This document shows, in pieces, positions 52,664-64,000 of a stretch of 64,000 nucleotides of DNA (positions within the stretch are counted from its first letter, which is position 1; the number at the start of each line of letters is the position of its first letter). This DNA comes from Dehalococcoidia bacterium. GTDB taxonomy: Bacteria; Chloroflexota; Dehalococcoidia; UBA2979. The stretch covers positions 63,914 through 127,913 of the forward strand of contig JAWLHV010000006.1 of assembly GCA_041690175.1 (NCBI GenBank), given 5' to 3'. The notes under the pieces are model-generated. The model saw only the letters and a program-made list of their open reading frames with translations. It was not told the origin of the DNA and did no database searches. The position numbers and the translations under genes are program-made.

Positions 52664-53434
52664 CTACGCCGAGGGAATGTGCCGGGGGGCGGCGCGCATG
52701 GAGTAGCCCACGCCGTAGACGGTGTGGATCGCGTCTGTGGGATAGCCCGTGGCCCGCAGTTTGCGGCGGAGTCGCGATATGTGCTGGTGCAGGAAGTTGG
52801 ACTCGCCCAGCGACTCGTAGTTCCAGACGCGGCGGCTCAACTCCTCGGCTGGGACGGCGGTACCGGCCCGCTCGATGAGCAGCCGCAGTAGCCCGGTCTC
52901 CGAGCGTGTCAGCGCCGCCTCCTGCCCGTCGTAGCGGGCGAGTCCCAGGCGGACATCCAGCGTGAGGCCGTACGCGCCGGTGATCAGCGAGTCCGTGGCC
53001 TGGTAGTTCGCCCGGCGGAGCAGGGCCGTGACACGCCTGGCCAGTTCCACGGGGTGGAGCGGCTTGGGCAGATAGTCGTCCGCCCCGGCGTCGAACCCGG
53101 CGATGCGCTCCTCCGGCGTCCCGGCCGCGGACACGATGAGCACGGGTACCTCGCTGGTGCGGCGGACTTCCGCGCACAGGTCCAGGCCAGAGCCATCCGG
53201 CAGCCCCACGTCAAGGATCACCAGGTCAAACGCGGCCTCTGCCAGGCGGTGGCGCGCCTCGCGGAGTGAGCGGGCGGTGCTCAGACGGTGGCCGGCGGCG
53301 GTCAGTTCGCTCAGCAGCACGTCGCGTGCGTGCGGCTCGTCCTCCACCAGGAGCAGGTGCGCCGGCCGCGCGGGCGCCGCGCCGCGTTGGACGAGCGCCC
53401 CGGGGGGTGTGTTGCCGGCGGGGGCCTGCGGCAT
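52664..53434 (-). CDS. OmpR/PhoB family response regulator
   Basis: LLVEDE, ILDVGLPDGSG, GADDYLPKP, HISRLRRKL, IHTVYGVGY; start uncertain. Confidence 0.9.
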   Translation of the reverse strand: MPQAPAGNTPPGALVQRGAAPARPAHLLLVEDEPHARDVLLSELTAAGHRLSTARSLREARHRLAEAAFDLVILDVGLPDGSGLDLCAEVRRTSEVPVLIVSAAGTPEERIAGFDAGADDYLPKPLHPVELARRVTALLRRANYQATDSLITGAYGLTLDVRLGLARYDGQEAALTRSETGLLRLLIERAGTAVPAEELSRRVWNYESLGESNFLHQHISRLRRKLRATGYPTDAIHTVYGVGYSMRAAPRHIPSA

Positions 53435-53596
53435 CCTGCGCTCCAGTTCCCAGCCCTCCCATGGTGGTCGTTCGGGCGGGGACGTGGAGGGGCACCGGGG
53501 TTGTTTGACAGGATCTTGTCGGGATTGCATCGGAGCCACCTTCCGGGCAGACTCCGGCACCCCTCGCCCGCCTTTCCTGCGCGGGCCAGGAGCGGA

Positions 53597-53626
53597 CTGA
53601 CACCGGCCCTCAACGGATGCTATAAA
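53597..53626 (+). promoter_or_regulatory. Sigma70-type promoter candidate for the MinD operon
   Basis: CTGACA-N18-TATAAA with an extended TGn, 86 nt upstream of ATG 53713. Confidence 0.5.
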
Positions 53627-53712
53627 CGGCCCGCCCTGCCGCTGGATCCTCGCGCCGTTTGCGTGGCCTCATGGTGGGATGAACATGCGCGCGCTACAGG
53701 AGCCGGCTGCCG

Positions 53713-54462
53713 ATGGCGAAGATCGTCTCGATCCACTCGTTTCGTGGGGGGACCGGTAAGTCCAACACCACGGCGAACCTGGCGGCCCACCTGGCGCTCC
53801 GAGGGCTGCGCGTGGGCGTGGTGGACACCGACATCCAGTCCCCCGGCCTCCACGTGCTGTTCGGCATCAAGGGCGAGGACCTTTCGCACTCCCTGAACGA
53901 CTTCCTATGGGGCCGCGCGGCCATCACGGACGTGGCGCGCGAGGTGCTGCCGGGACGGACTCCCGGCGCGATCTACCTCATCCCTTCCAGCATCCGCACG
54001 GACGAGATCGTCCAGGTGCTGCGGGAGGGCTACGACATGAAGTTGCTGGCCACGGCCTTCCGCCAGTTGAGCGAGGCGCTGAGCCTGGACTTCCTGCTGG
54101 TGGACACTCACCCCGGCCTCAACGAGGAGACGCTCTTCCTGCTGGCGATCTCCAGCGCCGTGGTCATCGTGCTCCGCCCGGACCAGCAGGACTACGAGGG
54201 CACCGGCGTGACCGTGGAGGTCGCGCGCTCCCTGGACGTGCCGCGGCTGATGCTGGTGGTCAACAAGGCGCCCCGGACGCTGCCGCTGGACGCGCTCGGC
54301 GAGCAGATCGCCAGCACCTTCGGCTGCGAGGTAGGGGCCGTGTTGCCCCACAGCGACGAGATGCTGGACTTCGGGAGCCGGGGCGTCTTCGTCCTGGAGC
54401 ACCCTGAGGATCCCGTGAGCGAAGCACTGCGCGGCGTAGCCGAGCGGCTGGCCACCTCCTAG
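53713..54462 (+). CDS. MinD/ParA family ATPase (variant RGGTGKS P-loop)
   Basis: HSFRGGTGKSN, VVDTDIQSPG, LVDTHPG, LVVNK. Confidence 0.88.
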   Translation: MAKIVSIHSFRGGTGKSNTTANLAAHLALRGLRVGVVDTDIQSPGLHVLFGIKGEDLSHSLNDFLWGRAAITDVAREVLPGRTPGAIYLIPSSIRTDEIVQVLREGYDMKLLATAFRQLSEALSLDFLLVDTHPGLNEETLFLLAISSAVVIVLRPDQQDYEGTGVTVEVARSLDVPRLMLVVNKAPRTLPLDALGEQIASTFGCEVGAVLPHSDEMLDFGSRGVFVLEHPEDPVSEALRGVAERLATS

Positions 54463-54498
54463 GCCGGGCCCACCCCTAGACCAAGCGAGGAGCGCAGC

Positions 54499-57143
54499 GT
54501 GAGGGAGCCCGAGGCTTCGTCCGGATCAGGCGCAGGCACCGGCGAGGACGTCCCGCCCGCGGGTGCTGTGGCCCGCCTCATCGTCCAGGTTGCCGGGGAG
54601 ACCTCGCCGAGGTCCGTGTGGCTCACCGGGACGGTGGCCCGCGTGGGCCGTGACCCGGAGAACGAGGTCACGGTGGACGTGCCGTACCTCTCCCGGCACG
54701 CGGTCACCATCAGGCGCTTCCCCGGCCACGTGTCACTGGAGCCGGTGGAGGGCGCGCTGACCACCGTGACCTACCGCGGGCGTGTACTCACGCGCCCGGT
54801 AGGGCTCGCGGACTCCGACTACTTCCGGCTGGAGGGCGACGGCCCCGGCGAGGCGGTGAACGTCTTCTATGCCAACGCCGCCCCGGGCGCGGAAGCGCCC
54901 GCGCGCCGGCGCCTGGCCCTGCGGGAGGGCGCCACGGTGCGCATCGGCAGCGCGGCCGGCAGCGACATCGGCGAGGGCAGTCCGCTGCTGGAGGGGGAGC
55001 ACGCGACGCTGAGCCGGGAGGGCGGCGCCACCTGGTTGACGCCCGCCGGGGACGCCACCGTCATGGCCAACGGCAGCATGGCCTTCGGCCGCACCCACCT
55101 GGCGCCCGGCGCCTCCGTCTCCGCGGGCGACGTACGCATCACCGTGGACGAGGACGGCGTGGAGTTCTGGGTGGCGCGCTCCTCGCTGGTGATGGGGGCC
55201 AGGCGCGGACGGGAGATGCCGGAGGAGGTGCTGCTCCGCCTGCCAGGCACCGGCGGCGCGGAGGTGGTGGCCCGTGACCTGACACGCCAGGCGGGCGATC
55301 TCACCATCCTGGACGGCGTCTCGCTGCGCTTCATGGAGCGCGAACTGGTGGCGCTGGTGGGCCTGAGCGGCGCCGGGAAGTCCACGCTGCTGAACGCGCT
55401 CACGGGCTTCCGGCCGGCAGACAGCGGCGAGGTGCTGATCAACGGCCTCAACCTGTACGAGAACCGCGACCACTTCCGCTCGCTGATCGGCTACGTGCCG
55501 CAGCGCGACATCGTCCACCAGAGCCTCACCGTCTTCGAGGCGCTGGACTACGCCGCGCGCCTGCGCCTGCCCCCCGGTACGTCCGAGGCAGACCGCCACG
55601 CGCGCATCCAGGAGGTGCTGGCGGACCTGGGGCTGGAGGAGCGGAGAGACACGCGCATCTCCAACCTCAGCGGCGGCCAGGTGAAGCGCGTCTCGATTGG
55701 CGTGGAGTTGATCTCCCAGCCTCAGTTGATGTTCCTGGACGAGCCCACCTCCGGCCTGGACCCGGCCACGGAGACGGACCTGATGCGGCTGCTCCGCCGC
55801 CTGGCTGACCAGGGCCGCACGATCGTGGTGATCACGCACGCCACCAAGAACGTGATGATCGCCAACAAGGTGATCTTCCTGGTGCGGGGCGGACGCGTGG
55901 CGTGGTTCGGGCCACCGGCGGAGGCGATCGACTACTTCGACCGCCAGCGTAGCGAGGCGGAGCGCGCCGACCGGCCGCTTGAGTTCGATGAGATCTACCG
56001 GCTGCTGGACCAGCCGGAGCGAGGTAGCGCGGCCGACTGGCAAGAGCGCTTCCGGCAGGACGCCGCCGCCCAGCGCTACCTCCCTCGCCCCGTCGAAGGT
56101 GGTACGCCCTCCGCTGCCAGGGCGGAGCGAGTGGAGCCACAGCCGCAGCCGGGCCCACTGCGGCAACTGCTGGTGCTCTCCGGCCGCAACCTGCGCCTGC
56201 TGGGGCGGGACCGCTTCGCGCTGCTGCTGGTGATCGCTGCCGCGCCGCTGCTGGCGTCCCTGGACTTCCTGATCACCAAGCGCGACATGTTCGATGCCGT
56301 CTCCGGCGACCCCGCCCGCATCATCACCAACACCAACACGATGATCGTGAACGCGATGCTGGTGGGCGCGCTGGCGCAGATGCGGGAGATCATCAAGGAC
56401 CGCGACATCTACCGCCGCGAGCGGCTGGTGAGCCTGCGCCTGTTCCCGTACGTGCTCTCCAAGGTGTGGATCGCCGGCCTGCTGGCGCTGTACCAGGCGG
56501 TCTGGTGGGTAGCGATCCGCTACGCCGCCGTGGACATGCCCGGCGGCTGGGACGTGGCCACCGGGTTCTACGTCACCATGTTCCTGGCGACGTTCGCCGG
56601 CATGATGCTGGGCCTGTTCGCGTCCGCGGCGTCGCCCTCGGAAGACGCGGTGGCGCTGATCGTGGCGCTGCTGATCGTGCCGCAGGTGCTGTTCAGCGGC
56701 GCGCACCTGCCGGCGCACGAACTCAGTCCCGTGGTGCGCTCCCAGATGGACATCATGCCCTCGCGCTGGGCGTTCGAGGCGCTGACCACGCTGGGCGGAC
56801 ACGGCACGGACGTGGCCAACGACCGCTGCTGGCTGGACACCACGCCGGAGCAACGCGCCGCCATGACGCCGGAGGAGAAGCAGGCCTGTACATGCCTGGG
56901 CGAGAGCATCTTCGAGTCCTGCGGGTACCCGGGCGTGCAGTCGCAGCGGGCGCTGGTCGCCGCCGGCGGCGCGGGCGCTTCGTCGGCCGTCCTCCTGGCG
57001 GAGGGGCGCCTGGAGGTGGGCTACGAGGGCTACGGCCCCGTGTATGACGTGAACGTGCCGCTCCGCTGGGGCGCACTCGTGGTCATCATCACGGCGCTGG
57101 GCGGCATCATCTACGGCATCCAGCGGCTCCGGGACCGCGTGCG

Positions 57144-57147
<4 letters not shown>
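54499..57147 (+). CDS. FHA-FHA-ABC ATPase-permease fusion transporter (Rv1747-like architecture)
   Basis: FHA VGRDPEN...[29 protein letters not shown]-2 type TM region with [14 protein letters not shown]. Confidence 0.88.
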
Positions 57148-60388
<3,241 letters not shown>

Positions 60389-60392
<4 letters not shown>

Positions 60393-60769
60393 GCGAGGCC
60401 GAGGCCCCCGTGCTGGACCGCACCGTCCTGCGGCGCGTCTTCGAGGAGACCGGCGGCGACCCGGAGTTCCTGGCTGACCTGCTGGCGGAGTACCTGGAGG
60501 ACGGCGCGCGCCTGCTGGAGGAGGTGCGCACCGCCTGGGCCGCGCACGAGCGCGAGCGACTGCAGCGCAATGCTCACACCCTGAAGTCCAGCAGCGCCTC
60601 CCTGGGCGCGCTCCACGTCGCCTCGCTCAGCGCAGGCATCGAGGCGGCGGCGAAGCAGGGCGAGCAGCCCGCGGAAGACACTATCCACGCGCTGGCGGCG
60701 GCGTGGGCGCAGGCCTCGTCCGTCCTGGGCGCGCTGGACGTGGAGAGCCTGCGGCAGGCCGGGACATGA
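60389..60769 (+). CDS. Hpt phosphotransfer protein
   Basis: [13 protein letters not shown] (H-x-LK-x-S-x-x-x-x-GA Hpt motif); overlaps both neighbours by 4 nt. Confidence 0.9.
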
Positions 60770-61509
60770 CGGAGCAGCCCCGCGCCGGGCGCACGGAGGG
60801 GCAGCCGGCGCACGTCCTAGCAGTGGACGACAGTTCCGTGAACCGCCGCCTGCTGGAACGCCTGCTGACCCAGGAGGGCTACCGCGTCACGCTGGCGGAG
60901 GACGGTCCACAGGCGCTGGAGCAGCTGCGCGACCCCTCGCAGCCGGTGGACGTGGTGCTGCTGGACATCATGATGCCGGAGATGGACGGCCGGGACGTGC
61001 TGCGCCACGTGAAGGCGGATCCGGGGCTGCGCCACATCCCCGTGATCGTGCTCTCGGCGGTGGAGGACACGGATACCGTCACCGAGTGCATCGAGGCCGG
61101 CGCGGCTGACTACCTCCACAAGCCGTTCAGCCGCTCGATCCTGCGCGCGCGCCTGGTCGCCAGCCTCGCGGAGAAGCGCCTGCGGGACACCGAGCTGGAG
61201 TACCTGGAGCAGGTGGGCCGCCTCACGGAAGCGGCCAGCGCGCTGGAGGCCGGGCGCTTCGAGCCAGACTCGCTCGCCGGCGTGGCGGCTCGGCAGGACT
61301 CGCTCGGCCAACTGGGCCGGGTGTTCGCGCGCATGGCCACCGAGGTGGTGGAGCGCGAGGAGCGCCTGCGGCGCCAGGTGCAGGAACTGCGCGTGGCCGT
61401 GGACAGTCAGCAGACACGCAAGCAGGCGCAGGAGATCACACAGACCGCGTACTTCCAGAGCCTGCGCGGGCGGGTCGCGGAACTCCGCGATCTGCTGGAG
61501 CCGGACTAG
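60766..61509 (+). CDS. Response regulator: REC, HAMP-like domain and coiled-coil tail, no recognisable output domain
   Basis: VLAVDD, LLDIMMPEMDG, YLHKPF; RQDSLGQLGRVFARM resembles HAMP helix 2. Confidence 0.85.
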   Translation: MTEQPRAGRTEGQPAHVLAVDDSSVNRRLLERLLTQEGYRVTLAEDGPQALEQLRDPSQPVDVVLLDIMMPEMDGRDVLRHVKADPGLRHIPVIVLSAVEDTDTVTECIEAGAADYLHKPFSRSILRARLVASLAEKRLRDTELEYLEQVGRLTEAASALEAGRFEPDSLAGVAARQDSLGQLGRVFARMATEVVEREERLRRQVQELRVAVDSQQTRKQAQEITQTAYFQSLRGRVAELRDLLEPD

Positions 61510-62675
61510 CCCGCTACCGCCTCCGGGGCCTCGTCGTGCTCGGCCGCTGCGCGCGTCATCGCCTGGCGGACAAACGCCTGCACCAGCGACTCGTAGCGGA
61601 TCGGGTCCAGGTTCCACGCCTGCCCGTGTCCGGCATCCGGGAAGCGGTGCAACGCGACCGCACCCGAGCGGGCCTCGACGAAACGCTCGCTCATGGTGAT
61701 CGGCACCTGTCCGTCCGCCTCGCCGTGCAGGATGAGCGCCGGCACATCCGTGGCCGCGAAGGCGGGCCGGGTGTCGTAGTCCCGCCAGCGCAGGCCGAAG
61801 CGCAGCCGGCCCAGTTTCAGGCCCAGCCACGTCACCGGCGCAGGCACGCCGGTGGTGCGCGCCGTCCAGGAGACGGCGGTGTAGAAGTCCAGCAGCGGCG
61901 CGTCCAGCACCAGCGCGGAGACGTGACCCGCGAGGCGTGAGCGGCGCAGGAACCACCCCACGATGGCCGCGCCCATGCTGTGCCCGCTCATGACGATTGT
62001 CTCGGCGCCCTCCGCCAGTGCGAACGCCACCGCAGCCTCCAGGTCCTCCCACTCCGACCGTCCGAAGTGGAAGTACCCGTCCTCCGAGGGCGGCACGCCC
62101 TCGTCGTTGCGGTAGAACGGGATCAGCACGGTGCAGCCGGTGGGGTGGACGGCGTCAGCCACCCGAAGGAGTTCCCTGGGACCGCCGCTCTTGCCGTGTA
62201 CCGCGATCACCCACGTGGTGCCGCCACGGGCGCGCCAGCCGCGGTAGGCGCCCAGCGGCCCCGGGAACGAGACGTCCTCCATGCCCTCGGGAGTGGCTGA
62301 TGGTGGGTATGCGATGCCGTCCAGCGCGCAGGTCTCGCCCACGGCGGGTATCCCGACCAGCGGCTGGAAGCGGTAGCGGGTCTGGCCGTCCTCCAGGCGC
62401 ACGCCTTCCGTGACGCGCCCGTACCACCCTTCGCCGCCCAGGCCCTCGCCGCCCAGCCCCCATGTGCCGGTGAGTCGCGGCGCGCGTTTGCCCAGTTGGA
62501 GGAGCGTGACGCTGTCCGAGGTGACCTCCACCACCCTGGTCTGCGGGCGGGGGCGGGAGTGCGCACCCAGGAGCGCCTCGCGGCGGATGCGCGTGGAGGC
62601 GATCCACGAGGCGACGGTCCAGGCGATCAGTACGCATGCGGCCAGCGCGGCCGCGATGAGCGCGAGCGGTTCCAA
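61506..62675 (-). CDS. Membrane-anchored alpha/beta hydrolase
   Basis: N-terminal TM, VHG oxyanion segment, GHSMG nucleophile elbow, LHGEAD, GHG; TTG start. Confidence 0.82.
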   Translation of the reverse strand: MEPLALIAAALAACVLIAWTVASWIASTRIRREALLGAHSRPRPQTRVVEVTSDSVTLLQLGKRAPRLTGTWGLGGEGLGGEGWYGRVTEGVRLEDGQTRYRFQPLVGIPAVGETCALDGIAYPPSATPEGMEDVSFPGPLGAYRGWRARGGTTWVIAVHGKSGGPRELLRVADAVHPTGCTVLIPFYRNDEGVPPSEDGYFHFGRSEWEDLEAAVAFALAEGAETIVMSGHSMGAAIVGWFLRRSRLAGHVSALVLDAPLLDFYTAVSWTARTTGVPAPVTWLGLKLGRLRFGLRWRDYDTRPAFAATDVPALILHGEADGQVPITMSERFVEARSGAVALHRFPDAGHGQAWNLDPIRYESLVQAFVRQAMTRAAAEHDEAPEAVAG

Positions 62676-62748
62676 CGGGCCGACCCTCCAGCGCGCGCGA
62701 GCGTAACACGCGTGTATTCCAGGCGGAGGGGCCTCGGCGCCCCCCGTC

Positions 62749-63321
62749 CTACAGCGTCGCGCGGGCGGGGAGGCTCAACGAGCGCGGCCGGGTGGGGTTG
62801 GGCATCCCGGGCGTCTCGCCCAGGGAGACCACGTCTGCCTGGAGGCCGAGCGGCGTGATCTCAAGCAGCGCCGCGGCGCCCAGCCGGAACTCCCGGTGGT
62901 GGGGCAGCGTGGGGGATCCCGGGTTCAGGACCACCACGCCGTCGCGGTGCTCCAGGCGCTCCACGTGGGTGTCCCCGCCGATGAGGATGTCCACGCGCTC
63001 GCCACCCAGCGCCTCCTGGACCAGCATCTCCACCGGGCGGTCCTCCGGGCGCAGTTCGTGGACCATGCCGATGCGCCAGCCCTCCACGTCCAGGATCTGG
63101 CGGGACGCCATCCGCCGGTCGTGGAAGTCGTCGTTGTTGCCCTGCGCCACCAGGACGGGTGCGAACTGCTCGCACCACTCCAGGACGGAGGGCCGCACCA
63201 CGTCCCCGCCGTGCAGGATCAGGTCCGCGCCGCGCAGGAACGCCGCCAATTGCGGCCCCAGCCCGTCCGGGTCCCGGATCAGCGAGGGGAGGTGCGTGTC
63301 CGCGATTACGGCGATGCGCAT
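62749..63321 (-). CDS. Metallophosphoesterase (YfcE/MJ0936-like)
   Basis: IADTH, HGGD, GNND, GDTH, NPGS. Confidence 0.85.
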   Translation of the reverse strand: MRIAVIADTHLPSLIRDPDGLGPQLAAFLRGADLILHGGDVVRPSVLEWCEQFAPVLVAQGNNDDFHDRRMASRQILDVEGWRIGMVHELRPEDRPVEMLVQEALGGERVDILIGGDTHVERLEHRDGVVVLNPGSPTLPHHREFRLGAAALLEITPLGLQADVVSLGETPGMPNPTRPRSLSLPARATL

Positions 63322-63435
63322 CGCCGGACGGTACGACGCCCCTCCTCCCGGGGCAACGAGCGGCCCGTTGCTCTGCCACGGGGGCCTGTGAGCGCGTGCT
63401 AGCATCCCGCCGGTCACGAAGGAGAGGCACCGCCC

Positions 63436-64000
63436 ATGGCACAGGAACGAAACGCGGCGATCGTGGGCATCCACGAGTGGCCGAAGCGCGTGGACAAGAG
63501 CGTCTCCGCGCTGCAGATCAAGGCGCGCTCGATCGCGCGGGCGCTGGACGATGCCGGCCTCTCCTGGAGCGACGTCGACGGCCTGTATGACGCCGGCGAG
63601 GGCGCGGGAGGCGGCGGCCTGGGCCTGGCCGCGTACCTGGGCATCAAGCCGAAGGTGATCGACACGACCTCCGTGGGCGGCTCGTCCTACGAGTTCCACG
63701 CCGCGCACGCCATGCGGGACATTGCCGCCGGGCGCTGCAACGTGGCTGTGCTGTCCTACGGCTCCAAGGCCGCCAGCGAGCGCATCCCCATCGGCACCGG
63801 GGGCCCTCGCGGGGCCGGTGGCGCCTGGCAGTCGAACATGGAGAACCCCTACGGCGGGACGCTGATCTCCAACTACGCGATGGTCGCGCACCGCCACATG
63901 CACGAGTACGGCACCACCAGCGAGCAACTGGCGGAGATCTCGGTGGCCACGCGGGCCCACGCCATGCGGAACCCGGAGGCGGTGCAGGCCATGCAGGACC
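63436..64000 (+). CDS. Thiolase-like protein (SCPx / lipid-transfer type), truncated by the window end
   Basis: Translated by hand: MAQERNAAIVGIHEW...ALDDAGLSWSDVDGL...VGGSS...YAMVAHRHMHEYGTTSEQLAEISVATRAHAMRNP; GGAG RBS; absent from the ORF track because no stop lies in the window. Confidence 0.8.
   Translation, partial: MAQERNAAIVGIHEWPKRVDKSVSALQIKARSIARALDDAGLSWSDVDGLYDAGEGAGGGGLGLAAYLGIKPKVIDTTSVGGSSYEFHAAHAMRDIAAGRCNVAVLSYGSKAASERIPIGTGGPRGAGGAWQSNMENPYGGTLISNYAMVAHRHMHEYGTTSEQLAEISVATRAHAMRNPEAVQAMQD

Noticed and set aside
52536-53530. CCCGACAA read as a sigma-28 -10 element (GCCGATAA-like) upstream of the MCP and regulator
   Set aside because: No TAAA-like -35 at the expected spacing; kept only as an unassigned shared motif
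62706-62715. 10-bp palindrome ACACGCGTGT upstream of the hydrolase
   Set aside because: Single occurrence, short and GC-centred; cannot be distinguished from chance
62749-63960. 403-aa phosphoesterase ORF
   Set aside because: The region above 63321 is antisense to the thiolase-like gene; the family motif begins at MRIAVIADTH

Overview
A very GC-rich, gene-dense bacterial chromosome segment with about 46 CDSs. I found no rRNA, tRNA, CRISPR array or mobile element. The gene content (Tat-exported family-5 solute-binding lipoprotein, tandem CaiB CoA-transferases, actinobacteria-like RodA/PbpA, MinD next to a REC-HAMP protein) suggests Chloroflexota, possibly Dehalococcoidia; this is inference. 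The window has five blocks. (1) 0.3-21.9 kb: acyl-CoA and amide catabolism and transport, including a PLP enzyme / penicillin acylase / D-aminoacylase / GMC oxidoreductase run, plus a Csp3-type copper storage protein. (2) 21.9-38.0 kb: a tightly packed alpha-glucan/trehalose operon, glgX-glgE-treS/mak-glgB-GH57-treZ-treY. (3) 38.1-41.2 kb: PadR-modABC. (4) 41.2-44.8 kb: a natural SEDS-class B PBP fusion, divergent from a membrane protein that joins an FhaB-like N-terminus to a RodZ-like C-terminus. (5) 47.5-61.5 kb: a signalling island with a FixL-like heme-PAS hybrid kinase plus pseudo-receiver, an orphan MCP, an OmpR regulator, and a five-gene operon (variant MinD, FHA-FHA-ABC transporter, V4R-GAF hybrid kinase, Hpt, REC-HAMP-tail protein). 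That operon is the best candidate for an undescribed system. Sequence-level signals include shared motifs upstream of the signalling genes, several leaderless-type promoters, an 11-nt G-rich tandem repeat, strong AGCT depletion and frequent TAG stops. All family calls come from motif recognition by eye; no searches were run.
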